From positions 1 to 32,748 of the IMG/VR virus record IMGVR_UViG_3300009285_000507: a stretch of DNA of 32,748 nt, one strand, 5' to 3'. The stretch is from a virus. Taxonomy: Duplodnaviria; Heunggongvirae; Uroviricota; Caudoviricetes. The translations under genes and the position numbers were made by a program. Of the stretch, positions 1 to 8,386 are shown piece by piece (within the stretch, counting starts at the first letter, position 1; each line of letters begins with the position of its first letter). The notes beneath the pieces are model-generated. The model saw only the letters and a list, made by a program, of their open reading frames with translations. It was not told where the DNA came from and did not search any database.

Positions 1-2
1 GG

Positions 3-422
3 GGTAAGTACAAGAATGTATTGTACATCAATGGCAGTAGCAAGGGTGAGGACAGGGGATACATAGCGGATGAGCATAAGGTTGGGGATGTGGTTATCAT
101 CACTGATGCCGGTGGTATGAGTCTCAACTTTGACAAGACAGATGAAATTATTTTCTATGGATTGCCATTTAGCATTGGAAGTTTTATACAGACTGTGGGT
201 AGAATAACAAGAGAGAGCAGTGCATTTGATAAGTTTAAGGTTACTATATTCTCAGTGACTAACACCATTGATGAGTATAAACTTAACTTAATCAAACTGT
301 TCTCGAGTGTTGTTCTTAAGGTACTTAGTGGCAAGGCTGAACCGTTGCCCGATGAGGGCGAGATTACACGAGATGCAATTATAAAAATGAGAAAGGATCT
401 ACTGTGGCGGTCAAGAAAGTAA
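3..422 (+). CDS. SF2 (SNF2/DEAD-like) helicase, C-terminal domain, 5'-partial
   Basis: Frame is open from position 3 (GKYKNVLYING...). It contains a motif V-like TDAGGMSLN and a motif VI QTVGRITR. Confidence 0.8.
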   Translation, partial: GKYKNVLYINGSSKGEDRGYIADEHKVGDVVIITDAGGMSLNFDKTDEIIFYGLPFSIGSFIQTVGRITRESSAFDKFKVTIFSVTNTIDEYKLNLIKLFSSVVLKVLSGKAEPLPDEGEITRDAIIKMRKDLLWRSRK

Positions 423-1075
423 AGATCCCTAAGGTTGCCAAGAAGGAACCTAAATGTAAACTATGTAATGATTCCAAGGTAACAGTTCTCAATGGAATCA
501 ACGTTGAATGCTTCTGTGTGAAGAAAGCAAAGATCAAGGAGTACGTCACACGGTATGGATCAATGTCCATGCCAGCAGATTGGATACGAGAAAAAATAGA
601 TAAAGCCCATGCAGAGTTCGGTTTAGTTAATAACATTGTTTTTATGTTCGACTCAACTGTTACACTTAGGGAACAGAATGGAGCAATGGGCTACGCTCTA
701 TCCCTAATATATCCAAAGCCATATGTAAAGATGAATGTGTTTGAGCTGGTGTACGTTGCCTTTGAGGATGAAGCTCACCAGGGATTCAGTAATCTACACC
801 AGATTAATGTGCCTCACCTTGCGTTAACCTATGGGCAGGGAGAGTTTAAGAACAAGCGTCAGGAAGAACTGATCAACCAGCTCTTGATGAAGCGTCTCTC
901 AGATGGCACTACAACGTGGTTTCATTCGAGCTCATTAAATATTGACCTACCTGAAGTTAAGAAGTATCTAAGTAAGTGCGAGTTCCACGAGATCAAATTT
1001 GACAAGGCTATTAGTATACTTAGACATGGACTATTCGGTTTAAGGAAAGACTCTACTGATGAATCAGAATGTTAA
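404..1075 (+). CDS. DnaC/IstB-like helicase loader with N-terminal Zn-binding motif; Walker motifs degenerate
   Basis: N-terminal CKLC...CFC, then DnaC-like spacing of HLALTYGQGE...LINQLLMKR...TTWFHSS. It overlaps the downstream DnaB gene. Confidence 0.55.
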   Translation: MAVKKVKIPKVAKKEPKCKLCNDSKVTVLNGINVECFCVKKAKIKEYVTRYGSMSMPADWIREKIDKAHAEFGLVNNIVFMFDSTVTLREQNGAMGYALSLIYPKPYVKMNVFELVYVAFEDEAHQGFSNLHQINVPHLALTYGQGEFKNKRQEELINQLLMKRLSDGTTTWFHSSSLNIDLPEVKKYLSKCEFHEIKFDKAISILRHGLFGLRKDSTDESEC

Positions 1076-2420
1076 CCTAATATATGCTTACTTGTTTGAT
1101 CGTGAAGATTCTCTGGAGAACAAGATCAATGTCTGTAATCGCTTGTGCTCTATCTGGCGTGGTAATGAACCATTCCAGATTATTCCGAACATTCTCAAGG
1201 CACTAACAGAGACAGGTGAAGTACCATCTTATGAGCATTACGTAGAATACTACTCGTTTCTTCAGGAGTATGATAAGCCAGACATTATTCCCTCCGCACC
1301 TGAGATCATTAACCTAATTGAGAAAGAGCATACCAACGCTCTCACCAAAGAGGTAGCAGCAGAGATCCAGGATGCACTGGCAAAGACCAAGGATACAGAA
1401 GAGACAGCTGACTTGATGGATAAGCTGTCTCTGGTAATGACCAAGTACAATGCTTCAACAGATGCGGATCAGGAACTAACTCCAGCAAAGCAGTTATACG
1501 AGGAGAGGAAGAACAGGTCACGTGGTATTCTAACTGGCCTGGAACCCATTGATAATCTTGTTTACTCCTTTGAGATGGGTACAATTTCAGTAATAGCTGC
1601 TCCCTCCGGTTTCGGTAAAACAACCGTAGCCAAGTCAGTCCTATATACTAATGCTGTGCAGCTGGGATATAACGTTCTATTTGTATCTCTTGAAATGCCA
1701 CGTGAGCAGATCTTATTCAGTATTCTATCACGTCATTCCCAGCATGAGAAGTTTAAGAACGCAGGGGATCCAATTGAGTTCAGCAGGATTCAACACTCAG
1801 AGTTGTCACCCGAGGAAGAAGAATTCCTATTTGATGTGGTAGACGAGGACTTGCGTGAGTGCTCTGACTATGGTAAGATTGAGATAGTTGGCAGTCAATT
1901 CTTCAGGTCATTCACTGACTACGGTATGCGAGCTGCTATCTCTAAGCTTCCATTTAAACCTGACCTGATTATTGTTGACTATATTCAGATGCTAAACTAT
2001 ATTGGTCACCCTGCTGAAATCTACAAGATGAAGAACATTGACCCAGCTAACTACTATATCCAGCAGATAAAGAACTTAGCTGAAAATATGGATGGCCAGG
2101 GTCGTCAATGTCACTGCATGCTTCTGTCACAGCTTAACAAAGAAGGCCAGAAGTACATGGATGCTAACGAGGGCAGGGCTCAGCTCACTGCACTAGCACA
2201 GTTCAATGAGCTAGCCCGTACCCCATCCTATGTATTCTTCCTGTGGAAGAACAATGTACTCAAGGAGAACAATGAGTGCCTTGTATTCCTGGCTAAGAAC
2301 CGCTTTGGGGAGACCATGACGGACCCATGCATAATTAATTTTGATCCTAGGTACAGCCGTGTTGGTTCAGAGATCTCAGTTAACCCTACAAGCGTTGACT
2401 TCGGTGACCTACTCAACTAG
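1059..2420 (+). CDS. dnaB: DnaB-like replicative helicase
   Basis: Walker A APSGFGKT, FVSLEM, Walker B LIIVDYIQML, LLSQLNKE and arginine finger AKNRFGE. Confidence 0.92.
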   Translation: MNQNVNLIYAYLFDREDSLENKINVCNRLCSIWRGNEPFQIIPNILKALTETGEVPSYEHYVEYYSFLQEYDKPDIIPSAPEIINLIEKEHTNALTKEVAAEIQDALAKTKDTEETADLMDKLSLVMTKYNASTDADQELTPAKQLYEERKNRSRGILTGLEPIDNLVYSFEMGTISVIAAPSGFGKTTVAKSVLYTNAVQLGYNVLFVSLEMPREQILFSILSRHSQHEKFKNAGDPIEFSRIQHSELSPEEEEFLFDVVDEDLRECSDYGKIEIVGSQFFRSFTDYGMRAAISKLPFKPDLIIVDYIQMLNYIGHPAEIYKMKNIDPANYYIQQIKNLAENMDGQGRQCHCMLLSQLNKEGQKYMDANEGRAQLTALAQFNELARTPSYVFFLWKNNVLKENNECLVFLAKNRFGETMTDPCIINFDPRYSRVGSEISVNPTSVDFGDLLN

Positions 2421-2473
2421 ACGAACCCAGCACTGAAGTGCTCAGAATTATCTCAATAGGTGGCAAGAATAGG

Positions 2474-2513
2474 AAATATAAAAGGGCAGCTGAGAATTAA
2501 CTCAGCTGCCCTT
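2474..2513 (-). terminator. Rho-independent terminator between the convergent replication and tail blocks
   Basis: Perfect 13-bp stem AAGGGCAGCTGAG (2482-2494) / CTCAGCTGCCCTT (2501-2513) with a 6-nt loop. A T-rich tail follows on the minus strand just after the fibre stop. Confidence 0.88.
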
Positions 2514-2526
2514 AGTCTATCTAGTA

Positions 2527-4080
2527 CTAGATTGCGCTGAACACTGCATGCAGGGACTGGTTGGCTGTGACATTGTTGAAGGTGTAGTTGTACGAAGTCT
2601 GCATATTAACTGATACCCCATTAACTGAAACGTTCAGAAGTGTATCCGAATCATTGGGGAAGAAGTTAAATGTGTATCCTGCACCTGGGCTCAGCTTAGC
2701 ATACTCTGGTACGATTGAACCATTACCATCAAAGCTGGTTGAGATAAGGTACTTATTAACTGTGAGTGCTGAGTTTGTTGATAGCACATTGGTGCTGATG
2801 TTGATCATTGTGTTACCAGTCTCAACTGCAACCACTGTTGCCTGTGACTTACCATTTGCAGCTGTTACCACTGGAGTCAGATTAACCGATGCAACAGCGT
2901 AATCATTTGAGCTGAAGTACACTGAAACTCCAGACATAACGTTACTGAACTGGTCATATGCAACAACCTCGTAGACCTTGCTCTCAGCTACGTTTGCTGA
3001 GTATGTGGATGGGGAGATTGTGATTGAGGTAAGAACCTGAGTTACTGGAGCAGGTGTGCCGCCGCCACCAGCTGCAGAAATACCAGCAAAGATGATGTAA
3101 TTCATTGCTGCATATGGCTGCATGTTATTGTGTGGCATATCATTACCAACACCATTTAGACTGATGTTCTCTGGTGCATAGCTGAATGGGTTGGCTGTCT
3201 GTGTTTCCCTGTATAGTGAGCCGGTAATAAAAGCTCCTACATGGGTGTGATTAGCCATCTCATCCTGTGTAATCTGGTGCATGTACTCACCGTTATATGA
3301 CTCACGTGAAGAGATGCCAGGAGTGTCAGTCTCACCAAGTGTGAATGTCCTTGAGATGAACCGGCTATCCATATGAGTTCCTGAGCCTACAATAACACGA
3401 CCACGTAGATCTGGAACAGCAAAGTTGGTTGCATTGGTTGATCCCCATGTGTTGCCAATTGAAGCGTACAGCTCTGGGTAGTCATTGATACTGTAGAGAT
3501 CACCGTCGCACACTAGGTAATAAGTGGGGCAGGTAACGCCTCCGTATGGCTCAATTCTACCAGCTGGCATAATGGTGCGTAGCTTGTCTTCGAGGTATCC
3601 TGAAGTTAGATCCTGATTGTTTACACGGATATGCTTACCAGTGCCGGTGCGCTCTGAGTAATCAAACTCCATTGTTGGGCCATTATAGCTCACACGACCA
3701 AAGCAGATCTCACTGGTATCCGCACTGTTATATGATGTCTCAACACCAATGGCTGCGTACCAACCCTCAATGTCCTGATACTTATAACGAGCTATAACGT
3801 AGTCACCATCGACCACTGCTACAGTGGTGCTTGAGTTTGCACTGCAGCGTATGTACTGTGTGGTTCCAGGGTGAGCTACATCGTCAGCCCAGAACACAAA
3901 CATACCAGGCTGAACAACTGCGTTGGTTCCGTTGGCTGACAGAGTACAACCACCATAGATACCCATAGGAGTAGTGCCAGAATGAGGAACGTTCCAAGTC
4001 TCAGGAGCTACAGCTGCCCTGAAGTGAACCCCAACATTCTGGTTACCTTGATTTACGCTTGTCCCATAGCTTACTGTCAT
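2527..4080 (-). CDS. Tail fibre protein: tail-collar domain plus C-terminal Ig-like (Big_2-type) and InlB-B-repeat-like domains
   Basis: Collar motif PAGRIEPYGG...YLVCDG...YPELYASIGNTWG...FAVPDLRGRV and HNNMQPYAAMNYII. Then LTSITISP...AVASV...TVVAV..G (Ig-like) and a terminal YLISTSFDGNGSI...VSVNG...YTFNNVTANQSLHAVF module. Confidence 0.85.
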   Translation of the reverse strand: MTVSYGTSVNQGNQNVGVHFRAAVAPETWNVPHSGTTPMGIYGGCTLSANGTNAVVQPGMFVFWADDVAHPGTTQYIRCSANSSTTVAVVDGDYVIARYKYQDIEGWYAAIGVETSYNSADTSEICFGRVSYNGPTMEFDYSERTGTGKHIRVNNQDLTSGYLEDKLRTIMPAGRIEPYGGVTCPTYYLVCDGDLYSINDYPELYASIGNTWGSTNATNFAVPDLRGRVIVGSGTHMDSRFISRTFTLGETDTPGISSRESYNGEYMHQITQDEMANHTHVGAFITGSLYRETQTANPFSYAPENISLNGVGNDMPHNNMQPYAAMNYIIFAGISAAGGGGTPAPVTQVLTSITISPSTYSANVAESKVYEVVAYDQFSNVMSGVSVYFSSNDYAVASVNLTPVVTAANGKSQATVVAVETGNTMINISTNVLSTNSALTVNKYLISTSFDGNGSIVPEYAKLSPGAGYTFNFFPNDSDTLLNVSVNGVSVNMQTSYNYTFNNVTANQSLHAVFSAI

Positions 4081-4091
4081 TTATCATTCTC

Positions 4092-7000
4092 CTAAAGGCT
4101 GATTGTGCAGCCTAAATATTTACCGTAATTTGACTTACGACATTTGTCTGTCATGCTAAAACGAGTGATACAGAGCAATGTATTTGCTGAGAAGTAACCC
4201 ACCTCGTTAACCAAGTTACCACTAATAGATGGTATAAATAAGTCTGACTGTATAGCCAGTGTATTGGCAGTTGGATTGTAAACAACTGACAGATTAACTG
4301 GGTCAGAGCTGTACCTGCTATCAAAGAATGGGTTGTTAACATCAGTCATATTGGTATTAATTGCAACACCATCAGTTTCGTAGCCAAGTTTGTAGTATGT
4401 GATACCATGGGTATTTGGATCAACAATACCACCATTGCACACACAAGCTGCTGTTCCAAGAGTTCTGATCTTAGCCACAGTCTTGGCATTAATGTACTTA
4501 ACATCACCAGCATTATTGCAAGATCCGATCTCATCCTTAAGTGCGCTGGCGAACATTGCCATATGATCTGACATTGCCATCATGTTAACGTCACCACTAA
4601 CCTGAACCTTACCCTCAAACTGTGAGGTGTAGAACAGGTCATCATCTTCAGTGAAGTACCCGATGGTATTGAAGTACTCACCATTATGATCATTGGTGGT
4701 TGGAGTGAAATCAATCTTGTTGTCGATGATTGACTGGGCCTGATGATACCTACCATAGTTTAGTGCATTGCGGTTGTACAGTGGCTTATCAAGATTACCC
4801 TTGGTGTACACTATTGTCCCAGGAATATCTGTCCATGATGCTCTGCGGATATTGGATGGAACAGTTAGGTCAAGCATTGCAGCCTTCATATACACTGGCT
4901 GGTTCATGTCATTAACTGAGTATGCACATGGTGGGCAGGTGTAGGCTGAGTCATCAATGACCTGTTGGTTGATAAAGCGGAGCTCATCAATGCCCTGACC
5001 AATGGCATTCTGTGGGATGTCTAGATAGAACTCATTGTAGCTGCCAAGTGCATTGAAAGTAATTGTCTGCCATGATGTGGTATTGCACGTACCAGCATAG
5101 AGAGTTTCCATGGCTGAGTTTGAGCTACCAATGATTGTGTAAGGGCCAAATGCTTCATGAGCCTTAAACTCAACTGCATTGACGTACTGAACATCATTAG
5201 CTGAGATACCAATAGTTGAGTTGATTGAGTTTGTACCTTCCCACCAAGTGCTATCATTGTTATCAAATGCATATGATGCTGGGTGACCAATAACTGCACT
5301 TGATGCTTTAGGTGTTCCAGAAATCAGTAGATCATTGTACTGATAAAATTCTATCTCAGCTATGTTAGCACTCATGATAGGAGACAGAGCTATTGAGTTA
5401 ATGTTATATGTGTACGAAGGGATATCTATGTCATACCATACCCCAGCTGAATTAACAGTTCCAGAAGCAACAACGTTTGTGGTTAAGCCAGTATTGTCCA
5501 CTACTTCGTACCCACCAAATGCTGTTGTTGGGTAGAGGCGTATTCTTGAAACCTTAGGTAGTACTGAGTTACTAGAGATACCAAGGAAATCTCTGTAATA
5601 GTTAGCACCAACCCAGGATGTGCTAGTGTTCCCATCATACGCTAGGCTATTAACTGATGGATAAACCTGTGTGCTGACATAGGACTTAACTGGATTAGCG
5701 GATGGTGTTGGGGTAACAAAGTCTGTATTCTCAGCTATCTGTGTTAGTGTTCCTGGAGTTGACTGCTTGCCCATACCAACCAAACAAGATAGACTGTCTG
5801 TTAACGTATCCGCGTACCACATACATTCAGTACCAGCTATTCTTCCAGTAGCTGGGCTTACACAGATATACCCAACAAGAAGATACTTGGATGCCATAGT
5901 TCCTGTAGTTATATACTTAATGTCACTAAGTAATAACCATAGGCCACCACCTGGATCATTCGGGATGGAGTGGTACGTAGCCCATTCATCATCTGACCAC
6001 AGAATACACCTGGTTGGGTTAATGAATGCACCACCGGAACTTCCTACAGCAACAACCCACCTACCATTTAGGTACCCTCGCACATGTGTGTAATTCAGTG
6101 GTACACCTACAACTGAGCTCCATGAAGCTCCATTGTCATCAGAGTAACCCATTGCAAAACCTTCTCTGTTACCGTGCAACCAACGACCTAACCCAACTCC
6201 TGATGTAGGACTGAAACCAATTGATTCATTCTGTGCATATGCAGTTGTCTTAACATTTGTCCAGTTTATACCATCAGGAGACCATGATATTTTTCCTGGG
6301 CTTGCAATCATCCACCCACTTGTTCCACCGTAAGCTACTTGAGTAGCCTCCAAATAGAGTGTTGCTGTATTTATACCAGTCCAGTTAATACCATCATTAG
6401 AGTATGCAACATTATTTGTTCCAGTACCAGCTGCTACCCACATACCACCGCCGTACTTAACAAAATTACAGTGTGCAGTGAATATAGTGCTTCCAAGACC
6501 AGTCCAGTTAATACCATCATAGGAGTACGCTAGTGTGTTAGATGGACTCTCCATACCAGCTACCCACATACCGTTTCCATACTCCACGCAACGAACATTC
6601 TTAAATCCAGTTGGGGTTACAATAGTGGACACCATTGTTTCATCATGTGCTACAAAGTCTGGTCCTGCTGCAGTACTGTTAGAAACTACATATAATGCTT
6701 CAGTTATTGTTGATGTACTAACAGATAACTTGGAGAAAGCTCCACCATTAAATTTAAGTTCAGACAAAGACTGAAGAGCTACATTGCCACTAATTTCCAT
6801 GTAGTACTTGTTATACCAGTTAGTATCATTTACTATGACTGTCACTGGAGTGTTAATTACAGAGTTAACACCTGAGTACAAAACAACTGGGCTTGATCCG
6901 GTTGCTTCCCCATACATGTTAAAGCTTGTCCATGGGTGCTTTGCAGTGTACACAAAACTCTTAAGTGGTGGTTGTGCTGTGTTATTGGATATACCAATGG

Positions 7001-8381
7001 TTGCATTGGTAGTGTACGTAAGAGATGCTTGCCAGTAGGTTAGCTGGTCTCCATCAAATGCGGCTGACACTGGGTGATCAGCAACTTCAGATGACGCTTC
7101 TCCATTACCTGTGATAATAGTATTGGCTGTCTGAAACACACCATAGTTACCAGCAACAAGAGTTCTGTCTGCCCTGTAGAAATCAACATGATCTGATACA
7201 CGAGAGAATGGATCAATGCTATCATCTGGATCAATTGAATCAGGATAGATACCGAACTCACGATCAGCAACAATGTTAACAGGGATGATACTGTCAACTG
7301 ACTTTGCTGCATTCTGCAATAGCTGCTCAGTTGTCACTCCACCCTTATGAGCAAACTCAAGGATGACATGTGGGGTGTTATATGAAGGATGGTTAATGTG
7401 TGTCTTGTCGAGATCCTCATATGGAACAAGGTCATCAACAGTATAAGTGCTTGTCCAAAGGGGAATGATTTCCTTAAGCAAGCCAACGGTAGCCATGTAT
7501 GTGTCTAGTGATAGCTCTGTGCCCTTAATCTTGTACCACTCAGTAGCATACGCAATCTGCTGCCGAACTGAGCCCTGTGTCATCTGTGCTAGGTCATTAA
7601 TGTTAAGCCCAATATAATTAGCAAAGTCAGAAGCGTACTGGATAGGAAAATTATCTGGGTCTTTAGCCAGGATAACTCCCTCAGATTTCTGTTTGATCTC
7701 AAAGTAGATACGCTCCATGATCCTAATGAAATCCTGAACCTCAGGAAGGATGCGGAACTTCTCTGGGAACAAGAGACTCAGGTTGACAGCTGACAATGAG
7801 GAGATGCGCTGTACACCCAGTGAATTCATGGTGTACGTGTTAACTGTTCTGTCAATAGTATTAACGGTTGGGGTGGTGTAAATCTCCGCTGTCTCATCAA
7901 GGTTAACAGTTAGTGACTGGATAGTTCCTGTTGGCTCAAATGAACGAACCTTAAGGGTGTACACATTCTCAGCAGTTCTGTCAGCGAAGGTGATCTCATA
8001 GCGGCTATCCTCGTCACGTAGGTAGTCATCAACGTCAAGGAGAGTTGTGACAATATCTCCTGCGCTGGTTACCAGATTGACACTGAGAACATTTGTTGAG
8101 GTATTTGCAGAGAATGTGATGTACTCTTCTGTGAAGTTCTGCTCTGTAACCGCTGGATCCTTGAGGAACATCACTGCTGTGTTTGAAGTAGTTACAGTGT
8201 AGTTAACAGTCTCATAGGAAGTGTTGGTGCGCTTCTCCTCGTACTCACGGAGGAAGTTCTCGACCTTGTCAGTAATCCACACAATAGACTTACTACTTGT
8301 GGAAGCAAGGTCATCAATTGAATAAGTGTTGTATGTAATAGGTGTGGTTATGTGGTTAAAGGTAAGATCCTGTTCTGACAT
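4092..8381 (-). CDS. Large baseplate wedge protein (gp7 / P2 gpI-like) with three discoidin/F5-8C-like modules and an Asp-box beta-propeller
   Basis: gpI-like segment FANYIGL...RQQIAYATEWYKIKGT. Three A(F/Y)D(G/N)xxxTxW modules and repeated YSxDGINW Asp-boxes. Lies directly after the gp6-like gene. Confidence 0.72.
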   Translation of the reverse strand: MSEQDLTFNHITTPITYNTYSIDDLASTSSKSIVWITDKVENFLREYEEKRTNTSYETVNYTVTTSNTAVMFLKDPAVTEQNFTEEYITFSANTSTNVLSVNLVTSAGDIVTTLLDVDDYLRDEDSRYEITFADRTAENVYTLKVRSFEPTGTIQSLTVNLDETAEIYTTPTVNTIDRTVNTYTMNSLGVQRISSLSAVNLSLLFPEKFRILPEVQDFIRIMERIYFEIKQKSEGVILAKDPDNFPIQYASDFANYIGLNINDLAQMTQGSVRQQIAYATEWYKIKGTELSLDTYMATVGLLKEIIPLWTSTYTVDDLVPYEDLDKTHINHPSYNTPHVILEFAHKGGVTTEQLLQNAAKSVDSIIPVNIVADREFGIYPDSIDPDDSIDPFSRVSDHVDFYRADRTLVAGNYGVFQTANTIITGNGEASSEVADHPVSAAFDGDQLTYWQASLTYTTNATIGISNNTAQPPLKSFVYTAKHPWTSFNMYGEATGSSPVVLYSGVNSVINTPVTVIVNDTNWYNKYYMEISGNVALQSLSELKFNGGAFSKLSVSTSTITEALYVVSNSTAAGPDFVAHDETMVSTIVTPTGFKNVRCVEYGNGMWVAGMESPSNTLAYSYDGINWTGLGSTIFTAHCNFVKYGGGMWVAAGTGTNNVAYSNDGINWTGINTATLYLEATQVAYGGTSGWMIASPGKISWSPDGINWTNVKTTAYAQNESIGFSPTSGVGLGRWLHGNREGFAMGYSDDNGASWSSVVGVPLNYTHVRGYLNGRWVVAVGSSGGAFINPTRCILWSDDEWATYHSIPNDPGGGLWLLLSDIKYITTGTMASKYLLVGYICVSPATGRIAGTECMWYADTLTDSLSCLVGMGKQSTPGTLTQIAENTDFVTPTPSANPVKSYVSTQVYPSVNSLAYDGNTSTSWVGANYYRDFLGISSNSVLPKVSRIRLYPTTAFGGYEVVDNTGLTTNVVASGTVNSAGVWYDIDIPSYTYNINSIALSPIMSANIAEIEFYQYNDLLISGTPKASSAVIGHPASYAFDNNDSTWWEGTNSINSTIGISANDVQYVNAVEFKAHEAFGPYTIIGSSNSAMETLYAGTCNTTSWQTITFNALGSYNEFYLDIPQNAIGQGIDELRFINQQVIDDSAYTCPPCAYSVNDMNQPVYMKAAMLDLTVPSNIRRASWTDIPGTIVYTKGNLDKPLYNRNALNYGRYHQAQSIIDNKIDFTPTTNDHNGEYFNTIGYFTEDDDLFYTSQFEGKVQVSGDVNMMAMSDHMAMFASALKDEIGSCNNAGDVKYINAKTVAKIRTLGTAACVCNGGIVDPNTHGITYYKLGYETDGVAINTNMTDVNNPFFDSRYSSDPVNLSVVYNPTANTLAIQSDLFIPSISGNLVNEVGYFSANTLLCITRFSMTDKCRKSNYGKYLGCTISL

Positions 8382-8386
8382 TTCCC

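Noticed and set aside
2429..2530. Short hairpin AGCAC-TGAA-GTGCT (2429-2442) and palindrome CTAGTACTAG (2521-2530)
   Set aside because: Both are too short to distinguish from chance, and the first has no U-tract.
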